From: Lama guanicoe
Taxonomy: Eukaryota
Assembly: GCA_013239625.1 (NCBI GenBank)
Contig: MU053933.1
Location: forward strand, 1,056,001-1,120,000
Direction: 5' to 3'
Length of the DNA stretch: 64,000 nt
Shown here: positions 55,180 through 64,000 of the stretch, piece by piece
Position numbering within the stretch: position 1 is the stretch's first letter
Layout: every line of letters begins with the position of its first letter
Translations under genes and position numbers: made by a program
The notes under the pieces: generated by a model
Told to the model about the DNA's origin: nothing
The model's input: only the letters and a program-made list of their open reading frames with translations
The model's database searches: none

Positions 55180-56464
55180 GAGTGTGCTACTGACACCAGA
55201 TCAGGGGGCAGCGCAGACCCCGCAGGCTGAGGGCACAGCGCTCCCACAAGACGGCACTTGTAACAGAGCAGAACCCTGTTATCATCAGTGACCATCTGAA
55301 ATCTGCAGTGGAGTTTGTAACTGCTCAGCTGTCTAATGGTTTAAATGGTTTTTCTCATGCTCTTGCCAACCAGGGTTGGGCTGGAGAGGAGGGAGGTTTG
55401 AGTGGTCCACCCAACCCCCTTGTGGTGCTGTGTGCAGGGATCATGCTCAGTGCCCTCCTCTGGACTCCCTGTAGTTTCTTTGTGTCCTGTTGTTCCAGGC
55501 CTCGGCCTGCTTAAAAGGCTAAACGCATTTATCCACCTGACTTTAAACTGCACAAATTTCTCTCTAGAGCTCTTTTCCACAGAGCCCCTTCCTATGCACC
55601 CTTTGTTCTAGGAACAAGAACATTAAGAAAGTCCCAAAGCTGGAGGTGAACATCATACCCAGCAGAAGGAAAACAGGAACAACTTTGCAACAATCTGTTA
55701 CTCTGTATGTGATCTCTATGGAAACCAGCTCCGCCCTTTGAACTCTTGAACTTTTACTATATCCCTGCCTTCTCTCCCCAGCAGGCTCCCCATCTTTGAG
55801 GCGTTAGCCCACTTCGACCTCCTTTGCTTGGCAAAGAAATAAAGCTGCCTCTTCTACTTCATCCAAAACTCTGTCCTCGAGTCTCAATTCAGTAAGCGGG
55901 ATACAGAGGCCAAGTTTTGGCAACACCCTCACTCCCGGAAACCAGCGGCACTTTGAGGGTTCCAGGCCCCTTGTGCTTCTGACCAACTGGCTAAAAATTA
56001 GGGGCTTCCCACCACTTCCTGTTCCATCGTTTGCTGGAACGACTCGCATAACTCAGGAAAGCACTGTACCGACGATTACAGGGCGAGGTCTGCGAGGGCC
56101 CTCGGTGGCCCCTCCTGGCACGTCCACGCGCCTCACCACCTGGGGTGCACATCTGAGCTCCAGTGTCTGGAGTCCTGCTGAGGGTTTGTTACACAAGCAC
56201 CACTGGACCACTGGTCACGTGATTGAATCCAATTCCCAGCCCCCGTCCCCGGCCTGGAGGTCGAGGTCGGGCAGGCTGGTATCACTGGACTCAAAGTCCC
56301 AACCCTCTAAGCCCATGGGTGGTCTTTCTGGCACAGTGGGCCCCTCTTGAAGCTCTCTGGGGCCACTGTTTGTCACCTCGTTAGCACAAACTCAGGTTGG
56401 TCAGAGGGGTCAGGGGCCCACCCAGGAACCGGAGACAAAGATGGCCAAACTCTGTTGTACAGCA
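55180..56464 (-). mobile_element. MER21-type LTR split by a younger solo LTR
   Basis: agcgcagaccccgcaggctgaggg...cccacaagac | ccctcactcc...cttctgaccaactggcta...actcaggaaagcact...caaccctctaa...ccaggaaccggagacaaaga are collinear with recalled MER21. Confidence 0.75.
55259..55925 (+). mobile_element. ERV1-class solo LTR (TG...CA) with 4-bp TSD
   Basis: Starts TGTAACAGAGCAG, ends TTTTGGCAACA; AATAAA near 55838; flanks cact / ccct. Confidence 0.75.
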
Positions 56465-57204
56465 GCTTCCCGGGGAGCACCTCAAGGGACCAAAGGAAAC
56501 TCCCAAATCATCCTTCTCGCCCGTGGGAGCCGCCCTGGAAGACACAGCCCTCTGGGGAGACTGGAGGGCAGTGACGTGTCCGGCCACGTTCCCTTGATGC
56601 CCAGGTCCCCGAAGCTCCACAGGTGGTCAGGAGACCACCCTGGACACTTCAGATGTCTTCACGGGAGATGGTGCTTGCTATCATTCCCCTCGCAGGAACG
56701 CCGGCGCTGCCAGCGCAGCAACAAAACAGGTATTTGTAGGGTTGCAGTTGGACAGAAGGTCACACAAGCATTCTTTATGACTCCGTATGTTTGGATTTGA
56801 AATGATGTTCCTCTGAGTAAATGTAACTTTGGGCATTCCGCTTCCTAATTATTCGTTAGAGGGACTCGGATGTTTACTTTCAGGACATAAACTCTGAATT
56901 TATTTAAATACTTGTGGACTGAGAGAAATCTGGCCACGCGGTGCATCTGTTTGAACACCTCTGCCCCCACTGACACCATGGGGCAGGTGACACACTCTAC
57001 CTGGGACTCAGTAAATCCGTGTGTGGGAGAGTTGCTTCACTTTGCAGGAGCACAGTAGGACGGAGGGGAATCCTACCTTCCCCCTACCTTCTGGTACCCA
57101 CCTTCCCCCACAGACTTGGTGCATCATTTTCAGTGAGAGTCTGCTTTTCAGTGCCTCTATTTTCCCATAAAGTGAAATTATTAACACTTACGCTTCCTAC
57201 TGCC

Positions 57205-57380
57205 GTGAAATAGCATGATGTCTGGGATTTGTTTTAATCTCAGGGGGAATAAGGATGGGAAATAGATGAAACAAGATTGGCAGCATGCTGTAATGTTACA
57301 GCCGAGCGATGGGCACGTGCAGGTGTGCGATGCTATGCCCTCTTTTGTGCACGTGGAAATTTCCAAAATGAAGTTAGAAA
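57205..57380 (+). mobile_element. Old L1M (L1MC-like) 3' end fragment
   Basis: atgatgtctgggatttg...atagatgaaacaagattggc...gaaatttccaaaatgaag. Confidence 0.65.
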
Positions 57381-58179
57381 GATAACAGTAACACCCACCC
57401 CTGCGTCCCACACACGGGCACTGCAACTGTGAGCGCTCTCCTTCGAGCACCTTCCATCCTTTGGAGAAGGGTGTCACGTAAACACAAGACAGTTACTAGT
57501 CCGTGGCCCTCAGGTTATTGCATCACACCTTGAGGTGCTGTTGACAAGGGGACAGGAAATAGATTAGAGCCCAAGGGGAGAACGGCCATAAACGAGGAAG
57601 ATAAAACTTTCAAAGCATCAGATGCTTCGTCTTCATATGACAGACTGGAGGGACATTTGGGCAAATTGGTGATGTAGGACATAAACTTGTAATATATCAA
57701 AACTATGTTGCCCAGTCGCTGACAATGTATTTCTCGAGTTCTGTGCGTGTAACGTTTCCAGTCTCATAAATGATGAATAGTAAATGTTTACTTTTGAATC
57801 ACTGGTTCCCAGAGGCAGGTGAGCGCACTGAATGAGAACGAGCTGCTGTAGAAGCTGGTTAATTCCCGCCTGGCACAGGCTGACTGGAGCGGGTTCCCAG
57901 GGAGGAGGCGGGGGGCGGATTCAGGAGCCAGTGGGAGAAGCCGGTGCATCCAAGAAACTGCCAGTCGCAGCACCAAGGCTACGTTGTGAGAAGCGTGGTC
58001 TGGGACACACAGAGCACCAGCGTCCCTGCCGCAGAGCTGTGCATGTCGCTGGAGACCCGCAAACCCGCAAAGCAGCATTATTTGAGGAAACGCTGTTGGC
58101 TTCTTACAAAAAGCCCTGAGCTTTCTGTGATCGGGTGAAGAGAATTAGCTAAACACTGGTGCAAAACATCTCAAAAAAA

Positions 58180-58765
58180 ACAACGGTACGGAAATTCCTC
58201 AAAAAACTAAAAATAGATTTACCCTATGATCCAGTGATCCCGCTCCTGGGCATATATCCAAAAAGGCACATGCACCCCAATGCTCACAGCAGCACCATTT
58301 ACAGTAGCCAAGGCATGGAAACAACCTAAATGTCCATCGACAGGTGACTGGATAGAGAAGTTGTGGTACATTTAAACAATGGAATACTACTCAGCCATCA
58401 AAAGAATACAATAATGCCATTTGCAGCAACATGGATGGACTTGGAGATTGTTATACTAAGCGAAGTAAGTCAGAAAGAGAAAGAAAAATGCCATATGATT
58501 ATCTTTTATATGTGGAATCAAAAAAAAGAAAACAAATGAACTTATTTACAAAACAGAAACAGACTCACAGTCATAGCAAATAAAGTATGGTTACCAAGGG
58601 AGAAAGGGCGTGGGGAGGGATAAACTGGAAGTTTGGGATTAGCAGATACTAATTATTATATATAAAATAACAAGGTCCTATCGTATAGCACAGGGAGCTA
58701 TATTCAGTCTTGTAATAACCTAATATGAAAAAGAATATATATATATAACTGAATCACTGTGCTGT
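58180..58765 (+). mobile_element. LINE-1 3' fragment
   Basis: ttcctcaaaaaactaaaaatag...tatgatccag...ggaatactactcagccat...gccatttgcagcaacatggatggac...ataactgaatcactgtgctgt. Confidence 0.9.
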
Positions 58766-59163
58766 GGAGCAGATGGGAGAGGCACCTGCAGTCAGACCAC
58801 AGCCTCTCTGTCCCCCCACCTCTCCGGCCCCCGTTCCTCCTCAGGCAGCCCAATGGCCACAGCCCCTCCAGGCTGGAGTGTCGAACCCTGGGGACCTGAG
58901 CAGGCAGGAGGGCAACCTTTCCAAGGACACTTGGAGAGGAAGCAGGACCACAGGACTTGAAGCACATCCCCTGAGGCTGAGCCCCACCTGTGTAACCCCT
59001 CCCCGGGAAGAGCCGGGACACCACCTTCCAGGGTGGTCCCACCTGGCCTTGCTGTCCACAGTAGGAAGGAGAAAGTGGTGCATCAAATAGACGAGGCATC
59101 CCTGCTCTCCTGGGGACCTCAGCGTGCCAGGAGAGGGGCCTGGATAGAGACAGAAGGTGGAGC

Positions 59164-59730
59164 TATCTTAGTCAGGGGTCTCCAGAGAAACAGAACCAAC
59201 AGGCTGCAGAGATACAGAGAGAGACATTAGACAGAGAGATAGACAGACACACACACATACATATATATATATGGAGAGAAATTTATACATAGACATACAG
59301 ATTACATATAGAGAGGTAGATAGATAGATGATAGATAGGCAGATAGGCAGATAGATAAAGGTACACACACAAAGAGAAAGAGACAGAGACTGATGTTAAG
59401 GAATATGTTCATGCCGTGTGGGTGCTGGCAAGTCTGAAATGTGCAGGGCAGGTTGGTGGGCTGGAAATTCTAAGAAGAGCTGATGCTGCAGCAATTTGCT
59501 GCTAGAATTCCTTCCTCCTCGGGGAACCTCAGTCTTTCCTCTTCAGGCCTTCAACTGATTGGACACGGCTCACCCACGCTACAGAGAAGGTTCTGCTTCA
59601 TTCAAAGTTGACCAATTTAAATGTTAATAACATTTGAAAAATACCTTCACAGCAGCATCTAGACTGGTATTTGACCCCACAACTGGGTACCCGAGCCCAG
59701 CCACCTTGACACACAAAACTGACCATCCCA
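59164..59730 (-). mobile_element. MLT2B-like ERVL LTR containing a (GA/TA/GATA)n microsatellite (about 59215-59365)
   Basis: ttagtcaggggtctccagagaaacagaaccaacagg...ggccttcaactgattgga...aaaataccttcacagcagcatctagactggtatttgacc...ttgacacacaaaactgaccatc. Confidence 0.85.
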
Positions 59731-60029
59731 GGTTCCAAAGCCTGGAAATCCTGACCTGACTCCATGCCCGGTGCCAGCTGCACATGCCGTGTCATTTCAC
59801 AGCTCTTGCCTCGTGTGCTTCCTCCAGCCTGTCCGAGCACGTTGGCACCCTCCTGTAAGGTGGGAGGTGCACGCTGGCTCGGGCCCAGGCCCCTGTCCGG
59901 CCGGAGCCCTGGGCCTTCTGCCGCCTACATTGGTCTCCTCCACTGTTGCCTCGCTCCGCCCTCCTGCTGGCTATGTTTCAGCTATCTGTTGACCTAGTTG
60001 GGAAATGCTCTCTCTCTCTCTTAAAACGT

Positions 60030-60395
60030 AGAACAATTATTACTCAGCCTTAAAAGGGAAGGAAATTCTGACCCAGGACATGACATGGATGAACCCTGAG
60101 GATGCGACGAGCCCAGGGACCGAAGCCAGTCAGCAAAGGACAAACACTGCACAATTCCACCCCGATGAGGCTTGGAGAGGAGGCAGGGACAGAGGCAGAA
60201 CCACGACCCCCAGGGGCTGCGGGAGGGGTGGGGAGCGGCCCTTCCACGGCTCAGAGGCTCGGCTTTGCCAGATGACCGAGCGCTGCGGACGGGTTGCGGG
60301 GACGGCAGGGCCACGGCAACCATGTGACCTGCACAGACGCAGGTAGTCAGAACGGCGAACTCTGCGTTGTGTGTGCTCTACATCGGAGTATAACA
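60030..60395 (+). mobile_element. L1MB-like 3' fragment
   Basis: tattactcagccttaaaagggaaggaaattctgac...acatggatgaaccctgagga...gccagtcagcaaaggacaaacactg. Confidence 0.75.
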
Positions 60396-61440
60396 CAGTT
60401 TCCAGATATCGGGGGATTCTCCAGTCATCTCTCTGTTACTGATTTGTGGGCGGATGTGCTTTGTAGACTTAACATCCTTTTAAATTCCCGGACACCTGAG
60501 TGCACTTGCTGGCTGGCTCCGTCCTGGCGTTGCCACGTTTCCACTGTGCAGTGCAAACTCATCAGCAAAGGGCCTCTTTGAGGAGATGGGATTAGGGAAT
60601 CAAGTGATTTGGAGAATTACCGGAGCAGACAGTCTGTTAGGACATTTGAACAGTTCCTGGCACGTGGAGCGAGAGGCCCTGGAGGACTCCACTCACAATA
60701 AAATGGGGGGGCCCCCACTGAGCCCCAAATGCCCGGCAAGAGGCTTCGCATCTCACCAGCTCTGAATTACAGGTTGATAAGCAGGTGAATGATGTAAAGG
60801 AGGAGAAGAAAATGCTAACGAGATCCTGGGAGTAACCAACGAGAAGTCAGTTCCAAGGACTTCATTCTTCTGCAGGACGTTTGAGTCTAACCAGCTGCTC
60901 TCAACATGTGGCCCGTGGGCCCCAGGGGACCTCAGGCCCGTTCAGGGATCAGCGTCGTCAAAGCTACTTTTATGACAACACTGAGACGTTCCTCGCCTTT
61001 TTCACGGGGACACCTGCGGGCACGACTGCAGCTTCTCTAAGAGGATCAGGTGGCGGCACCAAGCTGTCCCCCTCGTCCCCGTGCACACCACCACACACTC
61101 GCTGTGAAAGAATGGCGGGTTCACTATGAAGGTCCTCAGTGAAGCAGAACGGGTTAGCTTTATGAAGCCCTGATCATCACGTTCACAACATTCCAACATT
61201 CTGTGCGAGGAAATGGAAGTCACGTGGCGTTCTGCTGCGGATGCAGGGACACGACTGCCTGGGGATGGGCATGCGTGTGGTGTCTGAGCCCACGTGGCTG
61301 CTGCCTGGTTCACCGACCAACCAATGACAAGCTTCTGGATATTCTAACTTCAGTGTTTGGCAGATTTTCTTTAAAATAAACAAAGGAGTTTGTTGCTTCA
61401 AGGAAACCAATGGAGAGTACCTGCTGTCAGTGATGAAATT

Positions 61441-61862
61441 TTTTTAACATTTTTTAAATTGAGTTATAGTCATTTTACAATTTTGTGTCAAATTCCAGTG
61501 TACAGCACAATTTTTCAGTTACACATGAACATACATATATTCATTGTCACTTTTTTTTCACTGTGAGCTACCACAGGATCTTGTATATATTTCCCTGTGC
61601 TACACAGTACAATCTTGTTTATCTATTCTGCATATGCCTGTCAGTATCTACAGATTTCGAACTCCCAGTCTGTCCCTTCCCACCCTCCTCCCACCCTGGC
61701 AACCGCAAGTTTGTATCCTATGTCTATGAGTCTGTTTCTGTTTTGTATTTATGTTTTGTTTTGGTTTTTTTTAGATTCCACATATGAGCGATCTCATATG
61801 GTATTTTTCCTTCTTTTTCTGGCTTACTTCACTTAGAATGACATTCTCCAGAAACATCCATA
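61441..61862 (-). mobile_element. Younger LINE-1 3' tail inserted in Charlie1, TSD TGATGAAATTTT
   Basis: tgatgaaatttt at 61431 and at 61863; body tttagattccacatatgagcgatctcatatggtattt...ggcttacttcacttagaatgac. Confidence 0.85.
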
Positions 61863-61989
61863 TGATGAAATTTTAACTTTCAAGTGACAATTAGAATTCT
61901 GGAAAGCAGGTCCCTGTCATGTAAACTTGATCACGTCCCAGGACTTAAAGATTTCTCTGATGAGGTGGGTGGTGATATTAACAACTGTC

Positions 61990-62650
61990 TTTTTTGTAGA
62001 TTTATTCTGTTGAGGTGATACTGGTTTACAACATTACACACGTTTCCTGTGTACAACATTATATTTCTACTTCTGCATACACAACAGCGTGCTCACCACC
62101 AGAAATTTAGTTTCCAGCCATCACTATACACTTGGCGCCCTTCAGCCACTTCACCCTCTCCCCACCCCTCCCCCTCTGGTAAATGCTACTCTGTTCTCTG
62201 TATCTACGTGTGTTTTGTTGTTGTTGTTCACTTGTTTTGTTTCTGTTTGTTGGTTCTTTGTATTCCACACGTGACTGAGATAACAGGTATTTATCTTTTC
62301 TGCCTGATTAATTTAACTAAGCACACACTCCTCAAGGTCCATCCATGCTGCCCCAAATGGCTTCATTTTATTTTCTGAATGGCTGAGTAGTAACCCACTG
62401 TGTACATATGTACCACATTGTCTTTATCCAGGCATCTGCTGATGGACACTGAAGTTGTTTCCATAGCTTGGCTATTGTAAGTAGTGCTGCTATGAACAGA
62501 TATCTTTTTGAATTAGTGTTTTTATATTCTTTGGACAAATATGCAGAAATGGAATAGCTAAATTATATCACAATTTTATTCTTCATTTTTTGGAAGACTC
62601 TCCTTATTGTCTTCCATAGTGGCTGTACCAATTTCCATTCCCAAGAACTG
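61990..62650 (-). mobile_element. Older LINE-1 3' fragment inserted in Charlie1
   Basis: ctcaaggtccatccatgctg...atggctgagtagtaa...ttggctattgtaagtagtgctgctatgaaca...ccatagtggctgtaccaatttccattccca. Confidence 0.85.
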
Positions 62651-63504
62651 TGTTTTTAATATTGTCCAGTGAAATATGTCAACATTTGGAATAACTGCAT
62701 AACTCAGTGAATTAATATTTTCCAAATGACCAAATGGCCATGTTACTTAAATCATGTGTGTGTAACAGACCCATTCAAAGTGCCAGAGAGACCAGTGGGG
62801 TTTTGTCTAATAGCGTGGGAGTTTCATTGCTGCGGTGCTGGAGTCCGCGCTGCAAGGAACCCTTAAGAAACGCCCCCACGTCAGTTTTGGTGGAGGGTCT
62901 ATACAAATGCTCCTCTGTGTGCCGGCCACACATCTCCGTGAGGCCAAATTTTCTTCACCCACATCAGCTAAAACAGTATCTTACAGCAGACGGAACACAG
63001 AAGCAGACATGAGAAGCCAGCTGTCTTCTATTTGGCTAAACATCAAAAAGATTTGCAAAAATATGAAACAAGCCCACTGTTCTCCATGATCATTTTTTGA
63101 AAACAATGATTTTTCATAAAATGTTATTTAGGTCAACATTGATTAGCATGGAATAGGTTTCTTATTGTAAGTTTAAATGAATTATTAAAAATCCTTTAAG
63201 AACAATTTCTTAGGTTTAATGTCTAATATCGTATGCTTTCAGGAACCCAAAGCCAGCTGTGAGGTGTGACATGGAGTTTCCCGCCGGGAGTCTGTATAAA
63301 AGGACTCATTCTAACCTCTCTAAGAAATTAAAGTCTAAACTTCCCAATTTCTCATTTTTAGGAATTTATATTATACATTTAACCTCTTGAATTTTCAGAA
63401 GATAGGAGGGGAGAGAAAGTCAGCTAAAGTAATTTGGAACCAAAGGAGTCTTAAAAACCATTGCTACCACCTCACCCTCTACCCTCTACCCTCATTGCTA
63501 CCCT

Positions 63505-63900
63505 CTAGGATGGCTACTATCAAAAAACGGGAAGTAGCAAGTGTTGGCAAGGATGTGGAGAAATTGGAATTCTTGTGCATTGCCGGTGAGAATGTAAAAT
63601 CGTGTGGCCACTGTGGAAAATGGTATTGCAGTTGCTTAAAAAATTAAAAATATAATTACCATATGATCCAGCAAATCCACTTCTGGGTACAGACCCCAAA
63701 GAATTGAAAGCAGGGACTCAGACAGGTGTGTGCACACCTGTGTTCACAGCAGCATCACTCACAATAGCCCAGGGGTGGAAACAACCCGGGTGCCCACTGG
63801 CAGATGAATGGACAAACAAGATGTGGGCCATCCGGACTATGGAATATTACTCAGCCTTAAATAAAGAAGGAAATCCTGGCAAGGGTTACAGCACGGAGGA
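63505..63900 (+). mobile_element. LINE-1 3' fragment
   Basis: ggatggctactatcaaaaaa...gttggcaaggatgtggagaaattggaa...catatgatccagcaa...ggaatattactcagccttaaa. Confidence 0.88.
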
Positions 63901-64000
63901 ACTCAGTGGAAGAAGCCAGGGGCCTTTGAGGAACGTTTGAATCAGATCACTCTTCATAGCAAACAACAAAGAGAGGTCGATTCTGCTCATGGGCTCTGTT

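Larger units (their letters stand above)
60892..63463. mobile_element. Charlie1-like hAT DNA transposon fossil with nested L1 fragments
   Basis: Left end cagctgctctcaacatgtggcccgtgg...gtcaaagctacttttatgacaacactgagacg; internal cagctaaaacag...gaagcagacatgagaagccagctgtcttct; right end ...cttaaaaaccattg. Confidence 0.75.

Noticed and set aside
46000..64000. An ERVH48-1/suppressyn-like env gene or PKNOX1 exons downstream of NDUFV3
   Set aside because: No ORF with signal peptide or env features and no recognisable PKNOX1 peptide; only LTR, L1 and hAT fossils were seen.

Overview
Mammalian genomic DNA, GC-rich, in the region orthologous to human 21q22.3. The host is most likely a camelid, inferred from five tRNA-derived Vic-1-like SINEs. 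Two divergent protein-coding genes were reconstructed exon by exon with intact GT-AG junctions and frame. WDR4 (minus strand, 11 coding exons, 19438->1128, 1209 nt, 402 aa) is the non-catalytic partner of the METTL1 m7G46 tRNA methyltransferase. NDUFV3 (plus strand, 35290->45780) is a complex I accessory subunit with a 109-aa short isoform and a 465-aa long isoform, the latter including a 1068-nt cassette exon. Each gene has its own CpG-island promoter. The rest is intron and intergenic DNA filled with L1, L2, MIR, SINE, MaLR/ERV LTR, Tigger and hAT fossils, many nested. Repeat family names come from recalled consensus sequences and need RepeatMasker/Dfam confirmation. I found no convincing new biological system. 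The best second-look items are an apparent lineage-specific stop shortening WDR4, a duplicated NF-Y/GC-box module in the NDUFV3 promoter, candidate cis-elements around the NDUFV3 cassette exon, an unexplained 17-bp perfect inverted repeat, a solo LTR nested in a MER21 LTR, and patches of strong AT->GC drift in L1 copies.
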